Virus record (IMG/VR): IMGVR_UViG_3300007513_000007 | Location: 1-64,000 of that record | Direction: 5' to 3' (one strand) | Source of the DNA: a virus | Length of the DNA stretch: 64,000 bases | Part shown: in pieces, positions 1 through 10,372 of the stretch | How positions within the stretch are numbered: the first letter of the stretch is position 1 | Layout: every line of letters begins with the position of its first letter | Notes under the pieces: model-generated | Seen by the model: only the letters and a program-made list of their open reading frames with translations | The model's database searches: none | Told to the model about the DNA's origin: nothing | Program-made: the position numbers and the translations under genes

Positions 1-101
1 CCCTGGCGGGACACCGTGAGGGGTCTCCGACAGGGGCCGTCGTATCGTGCAAGGCCCACCCATAGTTTGTCAGGGACGGGTCCAAGCCAAGGACAAGCAT
101 C

Positions 102-839
102 CTATCCGTCCAGAAGGCCGTCCAAGAGGTTGTCCACTTCCTTGGAGGTGTTGGCCACAGCCCCTCCCCCGTTGACGGGAGTTTCAGCCTCCCCACCGAG
201 CTTCTCGCGGATCTCGTCAACCGTCAGGTCACGAGCGAGTTCCCGGTGGATGCCGTCTGCAATCGTCTTGGCCTCGGCCATGATGCGATCAGCAGCTTCC
301 CGAAGCTGGCCTTCCTGTCCAAGCAGCTTGAACAGCAGGTTGTTGTTCTCGGGAGTGAACGTCATCTTGTGGTAGGTGGCGTCCGTGCAGGTCATGCTCA
401 AGTCATGCTCCAGCAACGAGAACTTGTTGTGGATACGCCCGATGTCCTTGTACTTGTCAGGCGAGAAGATCCAGGGCATGACCTGATAGCCAGTCCCAGC
501 CTTGAACGAGGCAGCGTCGAGGTCGCCGTTCTTGTCCGTGGGCCAGATCACCATGACAGTGGCCACGCTCTGCTTGGGCTGGCCGAACTCGGCGTAGGCA
601 GGCCCCTTGTACAGAAAGTAGCCGACACCGGGCTTGTAGATGCGTTCGCAGCCCGTGAAGCGAAGGTTGGAAGGATCAGTGGAAGGAACGCCGTCCTCTC
701 CAACATCCTTGAACCACGCGAGGCTCACACGGTAGGTGCGACCAGCCTCGGGCTTGAATCGAGTTGCTTTCTTACCGATGCGGTCGTCGCCGCTACCGAT
801 GCTAAAGTCCATGAATCCAGTGGACATATCGTTCTCCAA
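102..839 (-). CDS. probable single-stranded DNA-binding protein (gp32-like)
   Basis: 245 aa with an aromatic-rich core (YFLY, WIFS, YHKMTF) and an acidic flexible tail (EVDNLLDGLLDG); lies in the replication cluster. Fold is inferred. Confidence 0.5.
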   Translation of the reverse strand: MENDMSTGFMDFSIGSGDDRIGKKATRFKPEAGRTYRVSLAWFKDVGEDGVPSTDPSNLRFTGCERIYKPGVGYFLYKGPAYAEFGQPKQSVATVMVIWPTDKNGDLDAASFKAGTGYQVMPWIFSPDKYKDIGRIHNKFSLLEHDLSMTCTDATYHKMTFTPENNNLLFKLLGQEGQLREAADRIMAEAKTIADGIHRELARDLTVDEIREKLGGEAETPVNGGGAVANTSKEVDNLLDGLLDG

Positions 840-929
840 AAAGGCGCGGGTGAAAGTGCTTCTTACGAGCGATGTAGGAAAGGTTGCGCCTGAAACCCTT
901 TACCCACGGAAAAAGGAAAGAGACCCCCC

Positions 930-1715
930 CTACCCGAAGGAATCTCCCAAAAGTTCATCAATGTCCAAAGTGTCGGGTGAACGGGACTTTCCGGCATCCA
1001 ATGCAGCCAAGAACTCATCCACCTCATTATCGCTGCCCTGTGTAGGCAACCCTTCCTCCAGGGAAGGTTCCGACGTTACAGCTTCCGGGATGGGTGGGGG
1101 TGCATCCACCTCCACGTCCTCTCCTGTAAACATGGCCTGCAAGTCACGGATAGTGGTTGCATCAACGTGCGGGGCAGCATCGAGGTCCGGTGCCTCGACA
1201 CCAGGGGCAGGCTTGGACCCCCAACGGCCCCCCAACCCAATCTCTTCCTGACACAGCTTCATCTGATCCCGGATTCGAGCCTGGGTGTCTTTGAGGTCCG
1301 CACGCTTCGCCTTGATGACGGTCATCACAGCCTCCAAGTCCTGGAGGGTGAGTTCCTGGGAAGCAATATCTTCCTTCTCGGAGCGCAGCTTCATCGTGGC
1401 GATGGCATCCCGATCCTTGACGTTGCGGCCAGCCCGAACCTCGGGATCATTGGTCATAAGGTCTTGCATCTGGAGATCGAAGTCAGCCTGTGAACTCCGG
1501 TTCGCATGACGATACTGCTGAAGCCACTGTGAAACCTGAAGATAAACGCGCTCCGTCTGTGCCAGATGGCTACGGGCTGCTGCGATCTTCAGCGTAAGGC
1601 GACGAGGACCGTACTCCAGAGGGTTGGGGTCCAAGTGAACCTCCATATCCTCCAGACGAGAGAAGATCCCCTCGACTACCTCTTGGGTGATGTCAGGCAA
1701 GTCTCCCATTTCCAA
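930..1715 (-). CDS. coiled-coil protein, possibly a UvsY-like recombination mediator
   Basis: Long helical segment (LQDLEAVMTVIKAKRADLKDTQARIRDQMKL) with an acidic tail; between the SSB-like gene and RecD2. Confidence 0.35.
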   Translation of the reverse strand: MEMGDLPDITQEVVEGIFSRLEDMEVHLDPNPLEYGPRRLTLKIAAARSHLAQTERVYLQVSQWLQQYRHANRSSQADFDLQMQDLMTNDPEVRAGRNVKDRDAIATMKLRSEKEDIASQELTLQDLEAVMTVIKAKRADLKDTQARIRDQMKLCQEEIGLGGRWGSKPAPGVEAPDLDAAPHVDATTIRDLQAMFTGEDVEVDAPPPIPEAVTSEPSLEEGLPTQGSDNEVDEFLAALDAGKSRSPDTLDIDELLGDSFG

Positions 1716-1718
1716 CCT

Positions 1719-2174
1719 CTATGCCGCTTCTTCTTCTTCGGCTTCAGCAGCAGTCTTACCCTGAAGCTCCGAAAGATGCTCGACCGTGTTGTGCTTGATC
1801 ACGCGAACCTTGTTGTCGAACTGGCTCTTGCTGACAGCACCATCGGTGAGGGCGGCTCTCCACGCAGCAATATGGCACTCCATAGAGAGGAGGATATGGG
1901 CCACGCGAGCCTCCTCCAAGGTCATGCCGTTGGCTGCGCTGTCCTCGGTGTCCACGGAAATGTCAACGTCGGCACTGCCTCCCGCGTCGTCCTGAACAGA
2001 ATCCCAAGCTGCCGACATACCGGCAAAGAAGTCGCCGCGCTTGGTCTTGACGGCACGGGTTGCAACAACCTTGGTGACGCGCATCTTGCCTTTCACGCGG
2101 GCAACGGTTTCCTGAAGGCGCTTACGGCTCTCTTCGGTGGTACTCATGACGGCTCTCCTTTTATCCGGCCCCAA
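1719..2174 (-). CDS. hypothetical protein
   Basis: 151-aa ORF co-oriented and 3 nt from the next gene; the true start may be MSTTEES. Confidence 0.6.
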   Translation of the reverse strand: MGPDKRRAVMSTTEESRKRLQETVARVKGKMRVTKVVATRAVKTKRGDFFAGMSAAWDSVQDDAGGSADVDISVDTEDSAANGMTLEEARVAHILLSMECHIAAWRAALTDGAVSKSQFDNKVRVIKHNTVEHLSELQGKTAAEAEEEEAA

Positions 2175-2222
2175 AAAGGAGCGGTAGGACCTACTACACC
2201 CCCCACAAACAAAGGAACCCCC

Positions 2223-4562
2223 CTACTCTCCGCAGGCTTGGGAGATTCGGGTGGCAAACATCGTGTTCCGCTGATCTGCCTTGGCGTTTTGAACAGCCGA
2301 AGCAATCGCGGAAGCCTTGCCTACCAGCACCACCTTCTCTTTGGCACGGGTGATCGCGGTGTAAAAGAGGTTGCGCTGAAGCTGCCGACCGAAAGAGGGG
2401 ACAACCGGCATCACGATCACGTCGTACTCCTGCCCTTGGGATTTGTGGACCGTCTGTGCGTAGGCCAGTCGAAGGCGAGAGACAGCATCCTTGAACGCAA
2501 ACCGAACATGACGCGGAGGGGTCCCAGGCATCCCGTGGATCTTCACCTCGATTTCCCGAGCCTTGCGGTCAATCCGTGCGACCTTTCCAACATCCCCGTT
2601 GTACACGTCCAACCCATAGTCGTTCCGAACCACCATCACACGGTCATCCTCTCGAATCACCTCACCCCCCAGCCGAACCTCGACCAGCCCAGCAACACCA
2701 GGATTCAAAGATGACCGGATACGGTCGTTCAACGCAGTCACCCCCACAGAACCAGCATGGCGTGGGGAAAGGACTTGGAAGTTGGCCCTGCGCTTGTACA
2801 AACTGGCCGCCAGTTCCACGACGTAGTCAGCGGCTTCGTCGTCCGTGATCTTGGACACCAGCACGAAGTCTTTTCCGTCACTGGTGGGGACATCCCCCCG
2901 GTGAACCGCATGAGCGGCCAAGATGATTCCACTGGTATCTTCTTGTCGGAAGATAGTGTCCAGATGAGATACCGGGAACTGGGCCGAGGACACAATCTCA
3001 CGAAGAACATCCCCAGCGCCAACGGAAGGCAACTGGTCCGAGTCTCCAACGAACACAAGCCTGCAATCGGGGTCTGTTCCAGAAAGGATTCGATACAGAA
3101 GATGTTGGTCCAGCATGGAAGACTCGTCGCAAATGACGACCTTGGCAGGATGGGTGTTCCCCGGCCCGTAGTCCCACTTCTGCTTTGAGGCGTCATCCCC
3201 GACCCCTCGTTCAGAACTCTCCCCCACAACTCCGACGTAGGTGGCCTCCCTTCCACCAGCAATCTGAACGTCCTTGGCTCCAAAGGCCCGGTGAACGGTG
3301 GATGCCGGTGCCCGTGCCACAAGCGCCATGCGCTTGGCCGCGATGCCAGTAGGAGCACAAAGAAGGAAGGGGATATGCGTGTCGCGCAGAACATCGACCA
3401 CCGCCTGAAGGGTGGTGGTCTTCCCGGTGCCGGGGAGTCCGGTAAGAACCGAAACAGGGGCCGTAAGAGCACGCAGGGCGGCTTCTCGCTGGGCTTCAGT
3501 CAAGGTGACCCTGCTGCCCGCAGACCAATCCCTCAACGCCCCAGCAGCCACCCTACGAAGAGATTCTTCGGAGGCATCCTCCACCCGCTTCCGTTCCGCT
3601 TCAGCAGAAGGGCCGAACTGGCCAAAGCCATCCAGGATCTTCTCCAAAACCGGCTCTGGAGGAAGGACCCTCGCAGCCAAAAGCTCCGCTGATTCACACT
3701 CCATAGCGTGAAGGCCAGGGTCGTAGAGGGCAAAGCCTCCCCCACTGCGCGGCTCTGCAACCAAGTCTCCCTCACCCTTCATAACAACCAGGGCCTCTGT
3801 GATGAGCTTGGCGTTATCAACCACCTCGGGGACCAGGGCGCTTACATGAGACACCACCTCAACGGAGGTGGCGAAAAGGTTGCCGTTGCGGGAGCAGTCT
3901 TGAATGGCGCTCATGATCGCCCCGCAGATGCGGCGTTGGGACGACATATCGACGCCCAGCTTGCGAGCCACTTCATCTGCTTGGGAAAACTTGACCCCCC
4001 TTACACGAACAAGGGACCAAGGATCTGCGAGGAGGCGCTCCTCCACCCCGACGCCAAAAGTCTTCCAAACAAGACCCACGGATCGGGAAGAAATGCCAGC
4101 CTCTCCCATGAGGCGCATGGCGTCCATGTAGACGCGAAGGCTCTGCCATCGAGAAGCAACGAACGTGCAGGTGAAGTCATCCAACCCTGATTCACGGAGA
4201 GCCTCTTCGCCTTTATCAAGAACTGAAGGAAGGGACTCGCCGTAAAACCTCTCCAACAGGGCGCATGTTCCCGCGCCTATGCCTTGGGAAGCCAGGGCTG
4301 AAAGACAAGAGGTGAGGTTCCAGCCAGGGGTTGAGGCAGGAGAACGGATTGCATGAAGCTGGTCCCCGTAGGTTTCGTGCTTCTCCCACTTCCCATCAAA
4401 GGAGACCCACGACCCAATCGACAGGGGGCCGAAGTTCCCCTTCACTGAAACAGGGCGGCTGTGCGGACCTTCATCCAAGCTCACCCGAAGCACAAAAAAC
4501 CCAGCGTTCTCGTAAACGATAGAGGTGACCCGACCACTACATGGCACAGCCTTCCCCATCAA
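2223..4562 (-). CDS. recD2: RecD2-like SF1B helicase
   Basis: N-terminal OB/HhH region, Walker A GLPGTGKTT, CAPTGIAAKR, ICDESSM, VGDSDQLPSVGAG, AYAQTVHKSQGQEY, LFYTAITRAK. Confidence 0.93.
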   Translation of the reverse strand: MMGKAVPCSGRVTSIVYENAGFFVLRVSLDEGPHSRPVSVKGNFGPLSIGSWVSFDGKWEKHETYGDQLHAIRSPASTPGWNLTSCLSALASQGIGAGTCALLERFYGESLPSVLDKGEEALRESGLDDFTCTFVASRWQSLRVYMDAMRLMGEAGISSRSVGLVWKTFGVGVEERLLADPWSLVRVRGVKFSQADEVARKLGVDMSSQRRICGAIMSAIQDCSRNGNLFATSVEVVSHVSALVPEVVDNAKLITEALVVMKGEGDLVAEPRSGGGFALYDPGLHAMECESAELLAARVLPPEPVLEKILDGFGQFGPSAEAERKRVEDASEESLRRVAAGALRDWSAGSRVTLTEAQREAALRALTAPVSVLTGLPGTGKTTTLQAVVDVLRDTHIPFLLCAPTGIAAKRMALVARAPASTVHRAFGAKDVQIAGGREATYVGVVGESSERGVGDDASKQKWDYGPGNTHPAKVVICDESSMLDQHLLYRILSGTDPDCRLVFVGDSDQLPSVGAGDVLREIVSSAQFPVSHLDTIFRQEDTSGIILAAHAVHRGDVPTSDGKDFVLVSKITDDEAADYVVELAASLYKRRANFQVLSPRHAGSVGVTALNDRIRSSLNPGVAGLVEVRLGGEVIREDDRVMVVRNDYGLDVYNGDVGKVARIDRKAREIEVKIHGMPGTPPRHVRFAFKDAVSRLRLAYAQTVHKSQGQEYDVIVMPVVPSFGRQLQRNLFYTAITRAKEKVVLVGKASAIASAVQNAKADQRNTMFATRISQACGE

Positions 4563-5059
4563 TCCCCCTCTCCCAAATATGACTTGAGGCTCTCCAAAGT
4601 GGAGGTCATGTCCCCTGCCTGTTGAAGCAAGGACTCCAAGTCAGCCGTCTCGGAACTACCCGTCGGACGTTCTACGCTAACCCCCGTAGTGACCAAATAA
4701 ACCTGCGCTCTGTGGCCCTCCAGGGGCGAAAAGAGAACCTGGGACTCCCCCACAAACCATTTACCCCCTCTACTTTCGAGGACCCCCTCCAGGAGTTGGC
4801 GGTGTAGCCACTGGGCATCCTTATTGTGGCCAGCAGGACACATCCCCGGAGGCCACAGGCAGGCACCCCCTCCAGGAAGGAGCGTGTTGGGAGGGGTGAG
4901 CGGTGTGTGGTGGACCATCAACTTCACAGCGCGGCCTGACAGTTTCTCGAAGATGTCGTCCAACGGGATGGGGTCTTCCCCGTCTGGAAAAGCAGTGGGA
5001 AGCGTGTCCCCCTCCATGACACGGAAGATGCCCCCGGCGATAGCAACAATGAAGTCCAT
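4559..5059 (-). CDS. hypothetical protein
   Basis: Start trimmed to MDFIVAI (ATG 5059); the stop overlaps the recD2 start. Confidence 0.6.
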   Translation of the reverse strand: MDFIVAIAGGIFRVMEGDTLPTAFPDGEDPIPLDDIFEKLSGRAVKLMVHHTPLTPPNTLLPGGGACLWPPGMCPAGHNKDAQWLHRQLLEGVLESRGGKWFVGESQVLFSPLEGHRAQVYLVTTGVSVERPTGSSETADLESLLQQAGDMTSTLESLKSYLGEGD

Positions 5060-5097
5060 ACAGCGTAGTACCCCCCAGAAAAGAAAAAGTACCCCCA

Positions 5098-5131
5098 GGG
5101 GGTTCCCCTCCGACGCCACCCCCGTAAGGAG
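5098..5131 (+). promoter_or_regulatory. class-A phage promoter
   Basis: GGGGGTTCC-16 nt-CGTAAGGAG, upstream of ATG 5175. Confidence 0.75.
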
Positions 5132-5174
5132 AACAAGAGAAAAACCCGCACTGCTTGCAGTCACGGAGGACCCC

Positions 5175-5600
5175 ATGAACGAACTTTCCGCAAACAACGT
5201 CATCAGCTTCGCCAACTCACCCCGCGAGGGCCGCCGCAAGGGCGCAACGATGACCGTGGTGAATGACGCCACGGGTGGACGGGTGACCGTTCGCTTCCGT
5301 AAGCCCAAGGGCTTCAACAGCGTCCTGGTGGACGTGATGACCGGCTCCGACAACGAGGAGCACTTCAGCTTCCTCGGCACCCTCCGGGGCGAGCAGGTTG
5401 TCATCAGCCCCAAGAGCAAGGCTGGCGACAAGGGCCAACGCGCCCGGACCATCCTCAACTGGACGTTCGCTGCTGCTGGTCGTGATGACCTCCGCACCGT
5501 CCGGTGCCTCCACGAAGGTCGCTGCGGTCGCTGTGGCCGGAAGCTGACGGTGCCCGCGAGCATCGACAGCGGGCTTGGCCCGGAGTGCCGAGGCAAGTGA
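5175..5600 (+). CDS. DUF6011-like zinc-binding protein
   Basis: C-terminal CGRCGRKLTVPASIDSGLGPEC; GGAGGA RBS before ATG 5175. Confidence 0.75.
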   Translation: MNELSANNVISFANSPREGRRKGATMTVVNDATGGRVTVRFRKPKGFNSVLVDVMTGSDNEEHFSFLGTLRGEQVVISPKSKAGDKGQRARTILNWTFAAAGRDDLRTVRCLHEGRCGRCGRKLTVPASIDSGLGPECRGK

Positions 5601-6391
5601 GCCTTCGCATCGAGCACGAAGAAGGGGAGCCTCGGTTCATCCAAGGCATCCCCAACCGCCCCCAAGAGGAACTGCGCCAACTGGTGTCAGACCTTCTCTC
5701 GGGGGCCGCTGTGTCCAGCGACCAAGTACCCCCCAACATGACGGGCATGGTGTTCCTGCCTGTTGCGATGGGAGCCTTCCAACCTCCAGAGGAACTGCGA
5801 AAGGCAGCGATGGGGTCTGCGGGGCCTCCAGAGAGGTTGGAGGAAGACCCCCCAAGGCCAGAGCACCCCGGATACCCCGAAGGTCCTGGGGACCCTCCAG
5901 AGAAGCCTATGCTGGATGTTGTGAACCCCCAACTCCTCAAGGATGTAGAGTGGGGAGAGGTGGATGATGAGGCGCTAATGGAAGCCCAGTCCCGCCTCAA
6001 AGAAGCGAACAACGCCCGCATAGAGGCATGGGACAAGGCGACCCGAGAATGGGACGAAGCCCAAGAAGCCAACGACCGAGAGCGCAGACGGATCGACACC
6101 GAGTACAGGGAAGCCCTGGCCTCATGGGAGGCGAGCCTGGACCCCCACAAAGAGAAGGTCGCAGAGCGCAAACGCCTTCACGATGAATGGGTGACGAAGC
6201 ATGACCGCATCTTTGGCCGATGGGGCGAAGAAATGGGCGCTCTTGTCGGTTGGGTGAAGGATGCCTTCCCCCGAGGAGTCAACGGATACCCGATGTTCTA
6301 TAGCGTCCAGGTCGTCAACAATGACGACTGGAAGCGAGTGCGGGCAGCCCTGGAACGAGAGCAAGAACGCCGCAAAGAGATCGAGGTTTAG
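5597..6391 (+). CDS. hypothetical Pro/Glu-rich coiled-coil protein
   Basis: GTG start overlaps the upstream TGA; C-terminal FPRGVNGYPMFYSV motif. Confidence 0.65.
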   Translation: MSLRIEHEEGEPRFIQGIPNRPQEELRQLVSDLLSGAAVSSDQVPPNMTGMVFLPVAMGAFQPPEELRKAAMGSAGPPERLEEDPPRPEHPGYPEGPGDPPEKPMLDVVNPQLLKDVEWGEVDDEALMEAQSRLKEANNARIEAWDKATREWDEAQEANDRERRRIDTEYREALASWEASLDPHKEKVAERKRLHDEWVTKHDRIFGRWGEEMGALVGWVKDAFPRGVNGYPMFYSVQVVNNDDWKRVRAALEREQERRKEIEV

Positions 6392-8424
6392 CTCTGAACA
6401 GCAGCTTCCATCGACAGCTTGTCGAAGTCGATCTCACAGGCCCCGCCCACACAAGCAAGCTCCCGAGCACCTTCCCCCATGTCCTCTTTTTCGTAGTCCA
6501 CCAGAAGGTCATAGTTGATGTCCGGGAAGTCGTAGACCCGACTCTCAAACTCTTCCTTGGTGATCTCCTCGTAAGGAGCAAGGTCATACTTGTGGTCGTC
6601 ATAAGGCAAGAAGCTCAACCCAGTGACAGCATCGAAGTTCTCAAAGAGCCACTCACCTACCTCGTCCCACTCGTGCTCACGGACGTACACCGTGGCTGAC
6701 TGGTTGTGGCCTCGAACCGAACACCAAGTATTCATGACATGGAGATAGCGCCGAAGCTGCATCAAAGCAGACTCGTGGCTCCGCACCATCGCCCCTTCAG
6801 GCGACTTGACCGGGAACTCCACAACCCAAGTAGGACACTCCGCATCAGGAGTGTCCTTGTACTGGTTATCCTTGAAAACAGGTGCGCCTGAATCACGAAC
6901 CAGATGGAAGAGCGGGTCGTTAGCCGAGATGCGAACCCGACGGATGTAGTAGGGCGCATACCGAGTGTGAAAGCCACTGGCGCAATCGACAAGCTGGCTG
7001 GAGTTCCCACTGGGCTTCCCACAAGTGATGGAAGCAGGCATGGGCATGTCAAACCACGCTGCCGCCACGGCGGCAGTCTCGCGAGCAACGGCATTGAAAT
7101 GCTTGAGGGCTTCCGGGTCGCAGGACAACTCGGGATTGTCACAATGCCCTGTGATGTCCACGCCCAACAGCCGGTCCTCTTCACAGTGCTGGGACCATGC
7201 AGGACGGAGGTAGGGGAAGTTCGTGAACGTGGCCTGAATCGCGCCAATCCAAGTAGCCGTCCGAATCTTTCGAGAGAAAGATTCAACGGTATCTCCAGGG
7301 CGCATGATGGCCGCACTCAAGTTGCAGAACTGGCCGCCGCCACCTTCGCCGGTCCAGGGGTCGGTGCTCTTGGCGTACCGAAGCAGGATTTCCCCACAGG
7401 GGTTCGAGCGGCAGTCCGAACGACGCTCTGACCGCTTGGCGACAGGAAACATGAAGAACCCCCGCTCACCCGACCCGCTGTTACGGAGAGCTTCCCACTC
7501 CTTCAGGAACTCCTCCTTTCCAGGCTTCTGCTTCCAGAAAGCAGAGAAGTTGGCCATGTACCGACAGGTAGGGAAATCCCCTTTGCTCCAGTCCTTGGCG
7601 TGTCGCATCTCTTCGTCGTCTGGGTCGCTGAAGCAGATCAACGCAGCACGTCGGACACCGCCAGCCATGACGATTTCTCCAACCATGCAGGCAATATCCG
7701 AGGCTTCCACAGAGGAGAGAGGACGGCCTGAAGCAGCATCCAAAGTTTCCTGGCAGAAATCCAAGAGACGACGAAGAGGATCCGGTCCTGAAGCACGGCC
7801 TCCCTTCGTCACCAGACGAGCACCGGCAGGCCGGATCTGGGAGTAGTCGAAATCAACCGTGTCGCCTTTCCACATCATCGTCAGACCATCAAAAACCGCA
7901 TTGGCCCAGCCCTGGGTGCTGTCTTCGATGGTGTACTGGGTCGTGTGTCCAGTGCGAGGGGAAACATCCGGGAGGTTATTCACGAACTCGCGCTCGACGC
8001 TGTAGCCCACGCCTGTGCCCATCATCAGAATGTAGAGAAGCTCGCTGAAAGAACGAAGCGAATCCAAAGGGATGAACGCACAGTTGTAGAACATGGTGTT
8101 GTCACGGGCTGCCGCTGGTCCTGCGGCCCACAAAGCACGCATAGAAGGAAGGGCATCAAACCGAAGGATGGAATCACGAATATCGTTCAACACCGGGGCA
8201 GGGATATTCCGGCAACTACGCAGAAACCCGACATATCGGTCTACGGCCTCCTCCAATGTCTCCCGACGGCCCTCCTCTTCCCGCCATCGCGGATACGTCC
8301 GAGTGAACACAAACTGGGAAAGCGCATTTGGGAACCCTTCGATTGGCTCTGCGGCTTCCGTCTCCGTCCCAACGGGAAAATGAGCAAGTGACAGTGGTTG
8401 GGAGGCGGTGACATCGGGGTTCAT
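6388..8424 (-). CDS. nrdJ: class II (adenosylcobalamin-dependent) ribonucleotide reductase
   Basis: FTRTYPRW...RRET, PSMRALW, YNCAF, catalytic NPCGEI, QFCNLS, TCGKPSGNSSQL, C-terminal redox pair ACVGGACEI. Confidence 0.93.
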   Translation of the reverse strand: MNPDVTASQPLSLAHFPVGTETEAAEPIEGFPNALSQFVFTRTYPRWREEEGRRETLEEAVDRYVGFLRSCRNIPAPVLNDIRDSILRFDALPSMRALWAAGPAAARDNTMFYNCAFIPLDSLRSFSELLYILMMGTGVGYSVEREFVNNLPDVSPRTGHTTQYTIEDSTQGWANAVFDGLTMMWKGDTVDFDYSQIRPAGARLVTKGGRASGPDPLRRLLDFCQETLDAASGRPLSSVEASDIACMVGEIVMAGGVRRAALICFSDPDDEEMRHAKDWSKGDFPTCRYMANFSAFWKQKPGKEEFLKEWEALRNSGSGERGFFMFPVAKRSERRSDCRSNPCGEILLRYAKSTDPWTGEGGGGQFCNLSAAIMRPGDTVESFSRKIRTATWIGAIQATFTNFPYLRPAWSQHCEEDRLLGVDITGHCDNPELSCDPEALKHFNAVARETAAVAAAWFDMPMPASITCGKPSGNSSQLVDCASGFHTRYAPYYIRRVRISANDPLFHLVRDSGAPVFKDNQYKDTPDAECPTWVVEFPVKSPEGAMVRSHESALMQLRRYLHVMNTWCSVRGHNQSATVYVREHEWDEVGEWLFENFDAVTGLSFLPYDDHKYDLAPYEEITKEEFESRVYDFPDINYDLLVDYEKEDMGEGARELACVGGACEIDFDKLSMEAAVQS

Positions 8425-8484
8425 TCGGCGGCTCCTTCAAGGGCATAGCGGTAAAAGGCGTATTGGTCTGGGGCTATTGAAATC

Positions 8485-9489
8485 CTACCGGGATTGGGCA
8501 CGGTGACAGCCCTCTGCGAGAACGGAAACCAAAGCTACCCACGGGGCAGGGGAGCCGCGCAAAACGGCTGCCTCCACCCTTGCAAGCCCATGCACAAGCA
8601 ACCGAAGATTTGCTGTACCCCATCTTCTCGCAGCCGGAATCACGTCCCTTTCGACGGCCCAACGAGGGGTTCCCAAACGCTCTGCTATTTCCTGCGGATC
8701 TTTCGTGTTTTCAAGAAGATAACTGGCAGCCAACCACTCCATCGCGAGGTGCCCTGGACCTCCCCTTGCCCGAAGTAAAAGCATGAGAGGGTCCCCCGAG
8801 ATCGAACCTTTTATTTGATAGAGGGCTTTTACAGTTTGTGTGGCTTGGGCAGCACCCAGTGCTTTTGCGAGGGGTTGGAGGTCCATCTCTGCGGATTTCC
8901 GTACCGTGCCTCGAAGGTGCTCCACACTAATCTCGGAATCCCCTCGGGCCTTGGCCAAGGCCGAAGCCTTCAAGACCTCTTGAGAGATCATCCCCAAATC
9001 AGTCCCCACCGCGCCCACAAGCCCTGTTGCCAGTTTGGTCCCCAGCGTGCTTCCTGGAAGGAGCCTCTGGGCTTCGTAAGAGGCGAAGCGGATTGCAAGA
9101 GCCTTGCGATCCTTGCGTGAACCCGGTCGCTCAAAGGGAAGGTGGACGAGCTTGGGGTGGGAAAGCGAGGGAGCCTTCTTTTTGAGGTCCCCTTCATGCA
9201 GAAGCAGAAGCGTAGACTCCACGCCTGAAGCAACATGATCCTCGACCACTCCAGGGTCCAACTTGGCTCCGTGGCGAACCACCACCAAAAGGGACTCCCC
9301 AAAAGTCAGGGCGCACGAAAGAGCGTCTTCCACTTCAGGAGTCGGGTGAGAATCCTCAACCCGGACGATGCGTCGGCCTGCTTTGGCTGCTTCACGACAA
9401 GCCACCTGAAGTTCGCGGTTCCAGAGAAAGGCTTCAGAACCAGAGATGGAGACAAGCGGGGGAGGGGCACTCCAGGACCAGGACATCAA
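8485..9489 (-). CDS. holA: DNA polymerase III delta (HolA)-like clamp-loader subunit
   Basis: ISGSEAFLWNR N-terminus, GTDLGMISQEVLK (compare DL..L.QELEK), helical C-terminal collar. Confidence 0.6.
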   Translation of the reverse strand: MMSWSWSAPPPLVSISGSEAFLWNRELQVACREAAKAGRRIVRVEDSHPTPEVEDALSCALTFGESLLVVVRHGAKLDPGVVEDHVASGVESTLLLLHEGDLKKKAPSLSHPKLVHLPFERPGSRKDRKALAIRFASYEAQRLLPGSTLGTKLATGLVGAVGTDLGMISQEVLKASALAKARGDSEISVEHLRGTVRKSAEMDLQPLAKALGAAQATQTVKALYQIKGSISGDPLMLLLRARGGPGHLAMEWLAASYLLENTKDPQEIAERLGTPRWAVERDVIPAARRWGTANLRLLVHGLARVEAAVLRGSPAPWVALVSVLAEGCHRAQSR

Positions 9490-10091
9490 ACACCCCCTAC
9501 GAGGGCGTCAGCCGCACGCAAGGGGCTTACGGGTGTGTGTTGCAGGGCCTCACGGATGCGTACCCACAAGACCGATGCTGCGGGATCCTCGGCTTCCTCT
9601 TCCAGATGGAAAAGAATGCCGTTCAACAAATCCGTTTCTGTTCCCTTGTGTTTCCGAAGGACTCCCAGGACACCGCCGAAATCTTGCTTCTTCAAGGCAG
9701 CCCACAGATCGGAGACTCCCGCCATGTCCTCCCACCGGACTACGGGGGGTCCCGGACACCAGACAGCGTGGACTCTGGAGATGATCGTGGGAATCACCGA
9801 GTTCCGATGGTGTGCCCAAAGCAATATCTGAAGGGAGGCGGTGGTTGATTCCTCCAGAGTTTTCAGGAGGGCGTCAGCCGCTTCCGGGGTTGCTTCGTCC
9901 ACAGGACCCACCACCAGAAAGGGCTTCTTGTCTCCCACCCCTGCATGGGATGCCAGTTCCACAATGGTCCTGGAATCATCAACCTTCAATCCCCCATCTC
10001 CGATGACATCGGAGATGAGGCGACCTTCAGCCTCGGCAGTCTGTAGAGCGGTGTCCCGTGCTACGGGGCCAAAAAACAGACGAGCCGCCAT
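9486..10091 (-). CDS. holB: DNA polymerase III delta-prime (HolB)-like subunit
   Basis: LVVGPVDEATPEAADALLKTLEE and NSVIPTIISRV motifs; ATG 10091 overlaps the upstream TGA. Confidence 0.65.
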   Translation of the reverse strand: MAARLFFGPVARDTALQTAEAEGRLISDVIGDGGLKVDDSRTIVELASHAGVGDKKPFLVVGPVDEATPEAADALLKTLEESTTASLQILLWAHHRNSVIPTIISRVHAVWCPGPPVVRWEDMAGVSDLWAALKKQDFGGVLGVLRKHKGTETDLLNGILFHLEEEAEDPAASVLWVRIREALQHTPVSPLRAADALVGGV

Positions 10092-10297
10092 CAGACAGAG
10101 ACAACGAAACGGCCCTTGCAGGTTTCGCAAGAGTAGTGAATGGCAGTGCCCCCTGCGGGGAGCTTGAACTTCATAGCGATCTTTGAAGTCTTGCCTTCAC
10201 ACCCTGCTTTCGCCCGACAGGAGACCCACACAACCTTGCCCTCGTCTTTGTCGGGCTTGCGTGGAGTGGGGCGAGGTCTTTTCGGCTTCTGACTCAT
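10091..10297 (-). CDS. small zinc-ribbon protein
   Basis: C-x5-C ... CETC; translationally coupled to the holB-like gene. Confidence 0.6.
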   Translation of the reverse strand: MSQKPKRPRPTPRKPDKDEGKVVWVSCRAKAGCEGKTSKIAMKFKLPAGGTAIHYSCETCKGRFVVSV

Positions 10298-10372
10298 ACT
10301 TCACCAGTACCCAACGGAGAGGGATCCTGACCCCCTGGACAGACACGTTCAAGGGAAAAGTGTCAAGCGGCT

